A stretch of 64,000 bases of DNA from Lama glama (lineage: Eukaryota), in the NCBI GenBank assembly GCA_028534125.1, contig CM052817.1:98458001-98522000 (forward strand), read 5' to 3'. Every line of letters starts with the position of its first letter. Positions within the stretch are counted from its first letter, which is position 1. The notes under the pieces are model-generated. The model saw nothing but the letters and a program-made list of their open reading frames with translations, did no database searches and had not been told where the DNA came from. Positions 23,866-37,671 of the stretch are shown here, in pieces. Position numbers and translations under genes: made by a program.

Positions 23866-24829
23866 ATCCAATATGCTTATTTGTTTATTATACTTATTTA
23901 AGGACTATCCACTTAGTGAAAATTGTTATGCTAACTCCTAGGTAGGGGAGATATACGATATAGTGATTAATAAAACAGGATTGCCACTCTCCATGGACAG
24001 TATGGCTAATAGTGAAAATCACTGCAGAAAAGGGAAGAAGAAAAAGGATGAGGGGAAAGGTCATGAGATGTGCAACTAAGAGATCTAGAGAGCAAATTTT
24101 ACACTGATGCTAAAGGAACTAAGCTTGTGTTACTAAAATAATTAATAAAGCAAAAGATATGCCCATTTTGAGGGAAAAATGTTTGTTAAAAACTTTACGC
24201 ATAATCCATTTAAATGATAAACTGAAATCTCTCTACAGTACCATTTAATTAAATCATCTTAGTACTTCATCCGAAACAGAAAATAAGTGCAGTTATACCC
24301 TTTAAAAAATAGGATAGAGTTAAGGGAGATTTCTAGAAAGGCAATTAAAGCATATGGAAACCCTATATTACTTCTTGTAGATAAGCCTTTAGATGGGGAA
24401 CAAGACTCACTGTATGATTTTAGGCAAACTGTAACATCTCTGAGTTCATAATTATTCCCTTTATGTAAAATCTAGTCTTTAAACTAATACACCAAACTCT
24501 AGAATTTCAGTTCTGAAACATAAATTATAAATCACTTCTGGTTAAAATAATTAGTAAGTCGCAGACAAGGAGACTAGGAAAAGAAAATACAGGTAAAGCA
24601 ATGAATAACTGGCAGCTTTTGTAATGAAATCAAACAAATGGAACATAAGGCATTAGAACTCTCAAAGGACTCTAGTCCTGAATACAATTTTCCATGCTTT
24701 CCCAAGAGTTCAGCTAGAATCAGTCATTCTTTCACCTGGAATCAATTATCCATTCAAATTTCTTCACTTCCAACTATTTCCCTGTTTCCTTCATGGGTTC
24801 ATTTTGCTTTGACCACTTCCCACTGTTGT

Positions 24830-25270
24830 GTATGACCCCAAGCTCTTTCATTGGCTGCCTTCTAACCCTCTACTTGAATGATTTGGTCCACTCCCACAGC
24901 TATATTTGTCACTTAAAATGTGGATGCCTCACAAAATGTATATATCTTGCTCAGACTACTCTCAAGTGCTAAATTTGAATAACCAACAATCTCTATATGT
25001 ACATCCCAAAGACATCCCAATCAACATGTCCCTCTCACAATTAATGACACTATCATCCATCCATAAACTCAGAAGTCCTTTCTACTATTCACTCTCCCTC
25101 AGCCTCCTCATACAATCAGTCATCTAATCCCTTCCACCCTTTCCCACTCAGAATACCTCAACACAGACCTTGATTATCTCTCCTCTGGAACACTAATTAA
25201 TGGCTTCCTCACTTGGATTCCTGCCTCCAACCATGATACTCTTCAATCCACCATCCTCCATACTTTTCAT
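24830..25270 (+). mobile_element. L2 fragment
   Basis: Pyrimidine-rich L2-like text (tcaacatgtcc..tcagtcatctaatcc..ttcaatccacc). Confidence 0.6.
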
Positions 25271-25289
25271 AAATAATCTTTGATTTCCA

Positions 25290-27890
25290 AATTATGGGAT
25301 TTTAAATTATCATTGTTATTATTTTTAATTTAATTTATCTGTCATCAGAGAACATGATTTATATATATCCAAATTCTTTGAAATTAATTGACTCCTACTA
25401 TACAGATCAATGTATAGTCAATTTTCATAATGTTCCATACTTGTCTGAAAATGTATATCCTCTAACGTTGTTCTGTATTCAGCTAATAAATTTAGCTTCT
25501 TAATTTAGTTGTTTAAATCAAATACTTTGTAGCTGATATATGTATATGCATACACCTTTAAAAATATATGTGTATACACAATTTTTTTGGCTGGACAATT
25601 TGAAAGTAAGTTGCAAACACTATGACATTTCACCCCTAAATAACACATCTAAAGCTCCTAAAAACAAGTACATCTCCTATATATTCATAATACCTACTGA
25701 AGAAATTAACATTGACACAGTAAGATTATCTAAGGCATATCTGTATACAAGTTCCCCTAATTGTCCCCAAAATATCCTTTCTAGTTGTTTGACTTTTTTT
25801 TTCATTCCAGGCTCTAATCAAAGATCATATATATATCTCTTAGATCTATTTTAACCTAGAAATGCCATGTCGAATACAGTGACCACCAGCATATGAATAC
25901 TGAGTGCTTAAAATATGACTACTCTGAATTAAGATGTAAGTATAGGATACAGTCTAATTTTCTAAGATTTACTACATGTAAATGTAGTACATGTAAATAA
26001 TTTTATAGTAATTAAATGTTTAAATAATATTTTCATATATTAAATTAACTAAGATATATCATTGAAATTAATTTCATGTTTCTCTTTACCTTTTTTAATA
26101 AGACCACAAGAAAATTTTAAATTGTATTTGTAGCTTGCATGTCTTTCAACTAGGTAACCCTGACTTCCTACCCTTTTTCACCTTTTTTGACATAGATATT
26201 CTTGAAAGCAATCTGAACTCTTTTCACTGTTTCTTTATGACTAGACTGAAATTAAATACTTTTGACAGGAATAGTACATATGTGATACGGTATCCTTCCT
26301 ATTACATCTCACCAAAAGATGTTGCTAAATTTTATCATTTTATTCAGGTGGTAACTGCCAATTATTTCTATTATAAAGGTATATTTCTCCCTTAGTCATT
26401 AAGAAATAATTTCTGGTTGATACTCTAGCTGTTCCCCAATCACCTTTTCTAAAAAAAAGATTTCAACATCCAGTAATTACTCTTGCCTAAGTCAGTCATT
26501 ACACTGGAAATTACAAAATGATGTTTTTTGTAATTTTATCATGACTTCTGCATTTATAAACTGGCATTAATCTGTAAAGGATTTTCTTCTTTTCCCTTTT
26601 TCCTCCTTTTGGGGACACATTAATTCGTTTTTTAACTCAGTCTGTTATAATCTACTTCCACCATTATTCTTTTTGGTGCTCATAATGTCAAAATTGGCCA
26701 GTCAGTTCCTCTACCATTTTCACCTATCTCCATTAGTCTTTGGCCATTTCTTCCTTTTTGCCACAGTGAGAGTTTTAGGCTCACTTTGTCCTTTCCCTGT
26801 CCCAGACCTGGAATCAGATCTCCAAGAAGCAACTGTCATTATATCTTCTAAAATTACTTTTTCCTCATTCTCTAGTGTTTCCTAATTGAAAAATTCTGGT
26901 TAGATTTATGTTAAAAAGTTTTCCATATACTCTCCAGAGCTCTTAGTCTTTCATATTTTCCCTTTCTTTGTGCTTCATTTTGTAAATTTCTCAAGATACC
27001 TTTTCTACTTTACTGATTCTATCTTCAGGTCTACTAAATCTGTACTTAAGAACTTACATTTCTTATTTAAATTATTATATTTTTATTTCTAGAAGTTCTT
27101 TTAGTTTTTATCGAATCTTCCTGAACATTTTAATAGTCTCTAGCTCATTCGTACTTTCATACTTTTAATTTTTAAACATATTAAGCATACTTATTTTCTA
27201 TTTTATACCAGACAATTCTAGTATCTATGGTCTTTGAAAGTCTAATTTCATTTTGGGGGAGCTGAAGGGCTAAGTTTCTCACTCACAGCGACTAATTTCC
27301 TCATGCAGTTTGTGATATTTTTAAATTGTAAACTTACATTCTGTAGGAATGAGAATTGTTTGCAAACTGAGATTAAGATCCATTCCTTAAAAAATAATTT
27401 GTTTTTCCTTCAGGCAGTTGAAGGAACTTTCAACTCATACTAACATTAAACTAATTTCTCACTTAAGATTTTTGAAATACTGCTAATATGGATTCTGATT
27501 CAATCCGAGGTAAGCTTATGTGTGGTTATGAATTACAAAATTTCTTTTTTTCTCTTCTTTCAGTACCAAAGCTCAGACAGTCAGGTTTGTTTCATTTTTC
27601 CTTCTTACAAAGCAAGGCTTTTTTATTTTCCTGGTTTAGTCTTTCATTGATGACCCCACCTTTTGGGGAAGTCTTAGATTTGGCAGAGTCTCTGACCTGT
27701 CTTCCCATCTTGCATGTGTCACAAGTATTTTCTCTGAGACTTGCACATGGAAGGTGCAATGAAAATGAAAGCTCAGGGCCACCAGAGACATGCAGGAACT
27801 GCCAGGAAAAGCAGCTAGGCTCTGCCCTAAATACCTCTTTAGATTTGTTCTTCTGTTTTGTTTTGTTTTGTTTTTTTCCATTCTGGATTC
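25290..27890 (-). mobile_element. Patchwork of old L1M/HAL1-like fragments with a nested MER33
   Basis: T-rich decayed L1 text (ttgaaagtaagttgca..cccctaaat..cctaaaaacaag; tcccagacctggaatcag; ttatttctagaagttct). Confidence 0.6.
25862..26150 (-). mobile_element. MER33
   Basis: gagtgcttaaaatatgact..aattaagatgt..aaattaatttcatgtttc..agaaaattttaaattgta. Confidence 0.65.
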
Positions 27891-28974
27891 TCAGATGCGC
27901 TATAAAAATGTGTTGAATGAAGGAATGCCTGTTTTGCTAGTCATTTAGGCTTCAAGATACAACTTGGGGAACACTATTTGGCCTACCTCCCCCCTTATTA
28001 GTCTGTAAACTCTGGGATGATGTCCCTGGGACTTATTCCCCTTGAATCTTCAGCCTCTCATTGTAATATCTAACACATTCATCATATATTTGTTATACAA
28101 ATCAATCAATAAAATATTTAACAATTCTTATTCAGTTACATAGAATTTTTAATATTATTGCTTTTTGTTTGCCAGTGACATGGATTAATTTCTTTCAATT
28201 TTTTCAGATATGATTGATACTATATATATTCCTCTTTCAACTGATTCCCATTTCTAACCCAACTTTTATAAAGCTTCTCTCACTTTCACAAAAAAAAAAA
28301 AAAAAAAGGAGTTCTAGTTCAGGTGGCTAGAAGTAGCCTATCTTAAATCTTAAATAATAAACTGCAACAATGTAAGTTACTAGAAACTAGTTTTCTAGAA
28401 TTTAGTTTTAATAATTCAGAAATTGAATATCATAAAAAGAAGTGTGTTCCCCATCACAGGTGTCTCCTGCAGAGATTGGACAGGAACTTTCCAGAAAATA
28501 TTATAAAAGGGATTTTATATCATGAAAATAGTTGAGCTAGAATAGTGTTAAGGTCTCTTCTATGTAGAGACGTAATGATACTATGAAAGTGCTTCACACA
28601 GGTTAGTTAAATTCAGATCCTTTTCATTCAAAAAAATGAGATTGTAGTTTTTTTATAGAGTGATTATAAAATACTTTTCTTACCTTTCTTTTTAAGAGCT
28701 ATTTTAATCCTATTCAATTTTATATGAAGTAATTATAATAAAATTTAAAACATTAAGTTTTAAATTTATAGACAGATTCATTAGTCAAGATTAACAGATT
28801 GCAATTTACTGACATTTCACATTCTAGTGTGTGGGCTGGGTGGATGTCATATGACTTTCTACTGTTGGAATTTCCAGCACATGTGTGTTATATAGAATGC
28901 CAATTCCTCAGTAAATTGTAAACTTTTTCATGGTCTCTTGAGGACAAGGACTGTATTTTTATCCATCATCCACT

Positions 28975-29790
28975 TATTCAATCATTCATTCAACAAATAT
29001 TCACCAAATTCCTATAATGAGACAGGCAGTCTGCTGGGCATCAGAGATGCAAAAAATAATCAGGGGATTATGAAGGCTACATTCTAGGGAATTATACTAA
29101 CTAAATAATTAAACAGTTATACAAATAATTGAGTAATTCCAATTGTAGTGCTATGACTATTCATTTCTATTATCTCATAAATTTAAGACAAAGAATAAAA
29201 CATATCCCTTAGCTTTTGTAACTGGGAGGTTATTGCTGGACAGTTTAATGGAAAGATGGGAGTGGAAGCAAGATTTCACTGCTCTGAAGGAATAGTTATT
29301 GGAGACTACAAAGTAGACTCTCTTTTCAAGACATGTGGTTTGAAGAGAAGAAGAGTGATGAAATCATCACCATAGGGACATAAGTTTGAGAACAGAATGT
29401 TTTCATGTCATTATATTCTTAAGATAAGAGAGACTTTAAGATGCTTATATATTATAGGAAAGGAGAAAGTGGAGATATAGAAGAAAGTAAATAATGTGTA
29501 ACAGATGAGGTAGGTCCCACAGAGAAGAGAAAGGATGGGATAGAATTTAGCTAGAGAAAATAGGCATCTTCTGAAAGAAAAAGGTAGATAAGATTTTAGG
29601 TGGCTATTAATAAATTCTCAGCAAGTTCATCAAGATCTTTATTTCCTCCATGAAGTAGGAAGCAAGGCTATTTACTGAGAGGAGAGGATAGAAATTTAAT
29701 AAGGGTCTCCAGGACAGTGTAAAGACTTGAAATAAATAGTAAACGGGGTGGGTAAAAGAACTAACCAAGGTCAAATAAAAGGTTTTAACT
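28975..29790 (-). mobile_element. L2 fragments
   Basis: attcaatcattcattcaacaaatatt 3' tail followed by purine-rich L2 internal sequence. Confidence 0.65.
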
Positions 29791-30571
29791 GTGATTACCA
29801 CTTAATGCAGTCACCATCTCAGCTCACACTCCAAAACAAAACATAACAAAAACCTCTCTAGCTACTGTTTAATTTTTCTTTGCATTACAGCAAACTTTAA
29901 ACTGGCTGTCTACACACAAACTGTGTGCCCTTCCTCACCCTGTTCAGTCTTCAGTCCACCAGGAATCCAGCTCGCACAGTCATCACTTACCAAGGATGCA
30001 GTAACGCCACAGTAGCACACACACTGGACATATCTCTGCATTTTACTGGACCTTCAGCAGTACACAATGGCAACAGTGGCTCTCTTGTGCAGGGATTATA
30101 TGACAACAATTTCTCCTGGTTTTGGTCTTGTGAAAACCCAGCTGCTCATTTTCAGTCTCCTCTGCTGACCCTCCTTCTATCAGACCTCTAAAAGATGGAG
30201 AGCCATGGGCCTCTATCAGAAGCCCTTTTGTTTGTATTAACTTCACTTGTTCCTTAGGAGATTTCAAACAGTTCTTTTTTGTAAATATGTCCACACATCA
30301 GTGACTCTAAAACTTTATCCTCCAGGCCATACTGTGTTCAAAACTTCAGACTCATGTATACAATCGTCTTACATGTGAAGCTGCATGTTAATAAGTATTT
30401 CAAATATAACATATTTAATAAAACTCTTGATTTTCCCCCTCAGAAACTGCTCTTTCTTGTCTTTCTTGCGTCAGTAAATGACACCACCATACGGCCACCA
30501 ACTCAAACCAGAAATCCATAACTAAAATATATCTCAAATTTTCCCATTTCTCTCCAATTTCACCACCACCA

Positions 30572-30956
30572 CAACAATTGCCATAATCATGCTGCATAAC
30601 AAACCAAACCAAAACTCGGTGGATTACAAGTTTAGATTTTTTTGCTCAGAGTTCTCTGACTTGGCCAGAGCAGTTCTGCTTCAGCCTGTGAGGCAGCTGG
30701 CTTAGAGGGGCCACACTGGACGGGTGCAGCTACTTGGGACATGGTCTTTTTGTGACAGACCAAGAAATATAAGAGACAAGTTAAACCACTAACACATTTA
30801 AAACTACTACTTGCATCACATCTTCTCACCTCCTGTTGGCCGAAGCAAGCACATGGCCCATCTCAAAGTCAGTGGGGCAGGAAAGCATATTCCAACCTAA
30901 GGTGGAGGAGGAAGAGAGTGGATATGTGTTGAACAATAACCCAATCTGAGCCAACA
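30572..30956 (-). mobile_element. Old MLT1 (H/I-type) MaLR LTR
   Basis: atgctgcataacaaacc..ttggccgaagcaagcacatggcc..aaagtcagtggggcagg..tgaacaataacccaatct. Confidence 0.7.
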
Positions 30957-31320
30957 TTATCTTTTGCCAGAACTGAAAAATAGCTTCCTAATTAGTCTCC
31001 TGTTTTCTCTCTGGCCTCCATTTACCCCATTCTATACATACAGGTCAACGTATCTTTTTTAAAATGGAAATCTTATCACATCTGCCTTAAAACTATTCAA
31101 TTACTTTCCACTGCTCTTTAAATAAAAAGCAGTTCCTTGCCATTACCTCAGGGCCATACATCATCTGATTCTTACCCATCTCTCTCACATGGTTTCACAT
31201 GGCTTATTTTCTCAGCCACTACATGACAGCCACAATGGTTTCTTTTCAAGACCCTGAATAAGTCAATTCCTGCCTCTTCTTGGGGCTTCTTCACTGCCCG
31301 GATTTCTCTTCATACTGCTG

Positions 31321-31507
31321 CCAGTGATGTGCTGCAGCTGACTTGTACCAGCTTTCAAGAGTCATACATAAATTTTGCCATCCAGAGGTTAAGCCCTGGG
31401 TAGCCCGAAATCACTCACAGTGGAAATACTTACACCATGAAAGTTAAGATGTGTTATATCAGGCTTCCTCCCACCCCCAGACAGCTAGTTTACCAACACA
31501 CTACTGG
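31321..31507 (+). mobile_element. MER63A (hAT-Blackjack MITE)
   Basis: TIRs ccagtgatgtgctg / caacacactactgg; internal tacttacaccatgaaa..atcaggctt. Confidence 0.75.
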
Positions 31508-32679
31508 TCCTCCTTTCCTTCAGATCTCAGATCAAATATAAGTTCCTCAGAGACACTTCCATGACATCTGCATCTAAAGTATGTCCCCACAGTCTATTGT
31601 ATCACTCTGTTTTCTTCGCTGTGATCTTTACATTTTGTGATTATCTTGCTTTATCTGTTTGTTTGCTTTTTGCCTATCCTCTCCCAGCAGAATATAAGCT
31701 CCATTTTCACAATGATAACATTACTGTCAAGAAGAGTGACTGGCATATAATAGATGCTTAGTAAATACTTATTAAATAAATGAATGAATTTTTTCACTGG
31801 TATGTTATAAGCTAGTTAAGAATGGAAAATTTTTGTTCCCTTTCTAACTCACACATAGCATAAATCAGCGCCCAATAAATATTAACCGAATAAATAAAAT
31901 AACGTGTTTACTAGGTACAGATGTAATGAATTTCAGATGTCATGTCAGAGAGGGCAGTAAAGATATTTGCGCTAGACAGGTTGTCTGAATACTTCAGATT
32001 TCTCTTACAGTCCTCTTCTCCATCCTGATGTAGTTATTATTGTCTAATATAATATCCTTCAACTAACAAATTGTTATCGATTACCTTCCTCAATCATGTG
32101 TCAGAGACCATGGAGGTTAGAAGACAAGGGGAAAACATCATCACGATTTTCTGAAAGCTTATATCCTATTAATCCCACAGTAATGGTACTCATTCATTTA
32201 TCTATTGAACAAATACCTCAGTACCTAGCCTAGTACGTATTAGGTACGCAATAAATGCTGAATGAACAAACAGATCTCAGCCAGGAACTAAAAGTAGAGT
32301 TGAATTAAATTCAGAGAATATGTAGTTCTCTGTGATGTCAGCAGAACTGGAAGTTAATCCGTGTTTTTTCAGTACAATTTAACTCCACTATTTTAGACCT
32401 CAATAAAACAACAGTGTGAAATGTTTTTAAAACCATTTTTAAACGTTTTAAAAAACAATGAACAGATAACTATTTTCAGGAATACAAAAATATAATGTAA
32501 AAGCAATGAAAAGGAAGACAAAAATTATACAATTCCAATAAGCTTTAAGACATTTTACTCAAGTATAATCAATCAATTCAATATCTACCAGGTACAAATT
32601 ATTACATTAATTAATATATTTCAGGTATGGGAATCTCATCCTACAGGTGGGTAAATTGTATTATTTACAAGGGGTAACA

Positions 32680-32890
32680 CAGAAGAAGTGGTTAAGAAAG
32701 CAGATAGACTTGAGGGGGCATAAATTTGAACTTTTTCACCAGTATGACACTCAGCAAGTTACGTTACATCTGTGTTGAGCTTCATTTGTAAATGTGTATG
32801 AAGATAATAGGCTGCCACGAAGACTGGGTGAATAATACATGCAAAATACTTAGCACAATGCCTGGTACATAGTAAGTGCTCAGTAAAATT
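32680..32890 (+). mobile_element. MIR
   Basis: gtggttaag..ttcatttgtaaatg..cttagcacaatgcctggtacatagtaagtgctcagtaaa. Confidence 0.8.
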
Positions 32891-33490
32891 AGTGAGGGTA
32901 ATGGTCATAATGATGAGAATTATAACATGACATTGATTATATCTATATAGGAAATGAAGCAGACATAACATGTTCCAAAGTGGAGTTCAGAAGTGCCATA
33001 AGATAAAGTGCTACCAAAATATTGTACCAAGTATGTAAACTTTTAGTAACAGCATAACAGATTGAAAACAAAACAGAAAGTCGTATCATGCTAAATAAAT
33101 ATTCCTATGCCTAAAATTTCTCCATCAAGCATTCATTTCTCTTATCCAGTCATAAAATACAATAGTACTCATCAAGCCTTTTGCAAATTAAGCAGTATAC
33201 ACTATTCCCCAAAAGGAAGATAATGCCAGTCACCCTCTAGTGAAACAGCTGAATCTCTACCAAGTAAATATAGCCAAAGGCTTAGCAAAATTGCCCAAAA
33301 GATGTGTATGTATATTGACCTTTTGGGGTCACGCTCTCCAACAAAAAAACTAAAAACAAAGAAGCAACAACAAAAACCCAAAGATGTGGCTGTAATTCAA
33401 TGACTCTCACAAATCGACCTGATGAAGAAATACCAGTGTATATCCCTAGTCAGTATATCCCTTGATTTCACTAACACAAAATGAAACAGG

Positions 33491-34062
33491 TGTCAAGAAA
33501 TAATTCTCCATAAATACTTTCACGTTTCTGCACTGCCATGGCTTTCTGAGCAATGAATTCCGGTACCTGCGTTAAAAGATGCTTGAATAGCAAACAAACC
33601 AGGGAAGGTAAAGACCCTGGAGAGACTTCGAGGCACCTGCTCTGGAGCCACTTATTTATATTCAAAAGTGTGATAGACTCAGGGACTGTCACTTCACCTC
33701 CTCTTCCCAGAATGGATTTGCTTACATTCATGAAGCACTTGCTCTCCCTCCTTCCCCTCTCTCTCTTTCTCTGTCTCTACAGGGGAGGAGATGCAAATGT
33801 GCCAAATGCCTTACATAAGCACTTAAAATCAGAATTTCAGAGTTCCTCTTCTGTGGTGCTCACTCCAGTCTACATGAGGCATGACGAACCTGAGGTAGGA
33901 TGCCCTCTGAGTAATAAAGTCTGTCTGTGACCCAGAAAACTCATGTTTCTTATCAGGATAGACAGATGTGGATGGATGAATAGATGGAAGGAAGAAAAGT
34001 AGGAAGCTAGGTAGGCAGACAGACAGACAGATAGGTGCAACTTAACATAAACAGGGCTGACA
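33491..34062 (+). mobile_element. LTR40-family (ERVL) solo LTR with an internal GGAT/AGAC microsatellite
   Basis: tgtcaagaaataattctccat..cacgtttctgcac start; gagtaataaagtctgtctgtgacccag (AATAAA 33913-33918); ends tgaca. Confidence 0.7.
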
Positions 34063-36789
34063 CATTCCTAGGGACACACGTTTCCTTCCCATTATGTCTG
34101 ATCTAGGAAATATAGAATACTTGGTAATAACTCCAAACCCCTTCGAACATGCTTCCCAAAAGTGAGACACACAAATGAACAAACTGAGTCTCAGAAGCAA
34201 GTAAAACCTAAGGACACTCTAACATAGGCCCTGAATGAGGTTTTGAGAACTCAAAGAACTCATTTGACCCTAGCTGAAAGACTGTCCGAAGAAACTTGGG
34301 AAGAGAACAATCATTACGGCAGTGACAGCTGTAAGGCAAACCAGTATAAAACTAATGATCTTCACATGTCAGGTGGGAAAAATACAAGCACTCATGGAGA
34401 AGCATAAAATACCACAGTCCTTTACCGTAACTATTTAGTAACCTTGACATAGCAAGGAGGATATTCATTTATAAATTGTATTCCTCTCCGCAGATATTCA
34501 TGGGGTGAGAGGGGTGTCATCACTACGGCAGGACTGCTAAACATAGAAGGTGGTAACTTAAAGGCATTAGGGACTGTTTGCAAATAGAGACTGTTTTTAT
34601 GTATTAATTTTTGGTAGCATTAATCATGTTGCATCCTGCAGTGGTGTTGGCATTTCTCTTGCACGCACACACTGAATTACTGAGCAGCGCTATGCAATAT
34701 GTCTCACACGCTCTGGCACTTCCATTTCATACTTCACAGTTTTAGTGTCACTTTGAGGTTTGAAATGTTTCACAGTTATCTGCTATATGTGGGTGCCAAA
34801 AAAAAAAAAGGCAGCCTATATCACTGCAAAAGATACTGCAAGAATAGAAAATGGTTAGAGTCAGATGGGAATTTCTGTCCCATTAGCATTCAGAACTTTA
34901 TCAAGAATCAATTTACTTTTTATCAAAATCTAATTTATGTTCTACAGATGCATGAGTGCATGCAATTATTTTGCTCACTGCATACAGTTCTTATAAAGTT
35001 AAATATAAACTTTTATTGCTGTAGATAAGATTCTATAATTAAAAGGAAACTGAAAATACCATACATCTTTTCTAGGCTACAACTTGCCCATATGCTCTCA
35101 CATAACAAACCCGAAAGCTCAATTCAGTCATCTGATCTAATCCAGTATAAATATTGAGTGACTTTCTATGTATATATCTTGATGGGTGTCTCAATGTGTT
35201 AAAGCAAATCTATTTAAACAAGGATAGAATAACATATCTGTCATAAATATAAATGCATTAAGACTCATCGGACACTGAACAATATACTGATCGACATCTA
35301 CAAATAACGACAGGCATTTTACCTTCAATTTTTCTAAATAGACACTTGATGACCTGTTTCTGCCTGTAGATTATTACTTGGCATGACTCCCCCACCTCAC
35401 ATACCACCCACAGCAGTTTGGCATTTCACTACCCAAATACTGCATGCATTTTTTATTAGCATAATCTGTCTGGTAGTAAAATAAAAATAAATAAATAAAT
35501 GAATAAATATAATGACAAGCACAGTAGGACACAAGAAAGGATGCTTCTCATACAAGAGAAGCACTTGTCAAAAATCAAGCACTAAGTCAAGGTTTATTCT
35601 CCCCCTCCTCTTGTCTTTCCAACTGCACAAGATGCCTCCTCAAGTTTAAATGTCTGGTTTGTTTCATTACAAATAGTAACTGAGAGCCATTAGTAAGCAT
35701 GAAAAAGCAAAAAGAGAAGTAAGCAAATACAGACGGACACTCAAGTAGTGACATGCTTAAGCATGCTCTGAATAAGTTTTAATATCTGAAATTATTTCCT
35801 TCTGACACTTTAAAAGAATATTTCCTTTGTAGGAAGAGGAAATTTATGCTTAAAATGTGGCTATCTGAAAGATTACAAAAGTTACCCTAAAAGAGGGTAA
35901 CTTTTCCATCTAGTGCTTAACAAAGAAACAAACAATGAGTAATACTGCTGAACATATTAACAAAACTACTTAAAGTTCAAAGGGGCTACTCTAGTTTCAA
36001 ATATTCCAACAGGAATCCAGGTAATCCTGAAAGTGGGTGTGTGGAGACAGGGCCAACCTCCACAGAATGGACCATGGGCATACAGAAAGCTGATTGAGAT
36101 AGAATGCTAGCATGGTCTCGTTTGTGTTTCCAACTTAATTTAAACTCTAACTTGACAAAATCACACTAAAAATGCAAAACTATTGGTGTATTTTACATTT
36201 GCAAATTTCTCTTTAAATGATGCACAATTAAATACTTAGCAGCAACATCACTTAAAACATACAACTTCTTTGTTGGGAGGATAAATGTAGGCTACTTAAA
36301 AAGCAATAATATTACACTATTAAAAAGCTTTTGATTTAATGTGGTTACTTATATTAGCCACTTGTATTGGACATTCTGACTCTAGATTTACGGTAGCCCC
36401 AAAGTACTGAAATTGCATAACAGCCTCATGAAATTGACAAAAAGTTCTCAAAATCAATTAATTGTAATTCATATTAAAATTAAAAATTAACATTTCCCAG
36501 TGGCAGGTTTAGAATTAGGTAGGGGGAGGAAGTGGAAGAAATTGATCACAAAACACATGCAAAACCAGAACTATCACTACTTCCTCTTAAAGGGTAGGCA
36601 AGCATTGGTTTAGACAGCACACCAAGGCCTCTAACTGTGGTCTCTTGAGAGACTATAGGGCCTTCATTTAATTATGAACATGCTGCTCTTTGTGTATCAA
36701 TCGTTCTGTCAGACGCCAGGGGGTTAACAAATGCTAGAAAATGTATGATCTGCGCCATCCATAGAATTAGAGAATAACACTTAACGTAG

Positions 36790-36888
36790 AAAAAGAAGTC
36801 GAATATAGGTACATATATGCATTACTGGGACATTGTGCTGTACACCAGAAATTGACATATTGTAACTGACTGTACTTCAATTAAAAAA
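36790..36888 (+). mobile_element. Very short L1 3' tail
   Basis: ctgggacattgtgctgtacaccagaaattgacatattgtaactgactgtacttcaattaaaaaa. Confidence 0.8.
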
Positions 36889-37454
36889 GGCAAAAGAATC
36901 ATATTTAAAAGTAACAATTCAGAATATTCTTGATACTACCAAAGGGAAAATGACTACTATTAAAAGGAAAGTTAGACTAATGGCCAATTGTTGACCAGCT
37001 GAGATGGTTCCAATAAAAATGAGAGAGAATGCATAAGATTCTAAGTCTCTAGGACCCTTTCCCTATTTTACAACTCCACAGTCACAACTCCCTACACTAA
37101 CAGTGCATTTCTTGTGTGTAAGCATAAGAGAGGTTTATTTTCAAATGCATGGTCTTTGTGAAGAATGTGAAATGTTGGAGTAGAAGCCTCTCCAATTTTC
37201 CAATTTTTTTTTGCACATTAATATCAGTACAAAAATTTGGGGGTAGGTGTCCCAATATATGCATAGTTATTTAACTATAAATTATATTTACATTCTACTT
37301 TATTAACACATCAAGTATGTTATAAAATAAGCAAAAACAGAATTATAATCAGAAAATAAAGAAAAATATAAACAAGAGCTTCTTCCTATACAATCAGATA
37401 TCATCTTGATCAACCCTTGGAGTAAGCATTCCTTAAGATACCAAAGGATTAGAG

Positions 37455-37671
37455 CAGGAGTTGGCAAACCACGACCACGGCCAAATTCAACCTATCACCT
37501 GTTTCTGTAAACTAGGTTTTACTGGACAACAGCCAAGCCCGTATGTTTACCTATTATCTGTGGCTGCTTTCCTGCTACAGAAGCAGAGATGAGTAATTGT
37601 GACCATATGGGCCACAAAGTCAAAATATTTACTATCATCTGATCCTTTTCAAGAAAAGTTGACCAACCCTC
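37455..37671 (+). mobile_element. MER58A (hAT-Charlie MITE)
   Basis: caggagttggcaaac..tgtggctgctttcctgctaca..aaaatatttactatc..gttgaccaaccct. Confidence 0.82.

Larger units (their letters stand above)
29790..31790 (+). mobile_element. L2, interrupted by an MLT1 LTR and MER63A
   Basis: Ends with tagatgcttagtaaatacttattaaataaatgaatgaa; internal L2-like pyrimidine-rich motifs. Confidence 0.7.

Noticed and set aside
27488..27916. 142-aa ORF
   Set aside because: It lies in decayed T-rich L1M-like sequence, and its Phe/Leu/Ser-rich composition is typical of non-coding DNA.
33125..33165. Minus-strand FYDW peptide resembling the next IQCM exon
   Set aside because: It is in the wrong order relative to the other exons, has an in-frame stop a few codons later and has no good acceptor. 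Chance match.
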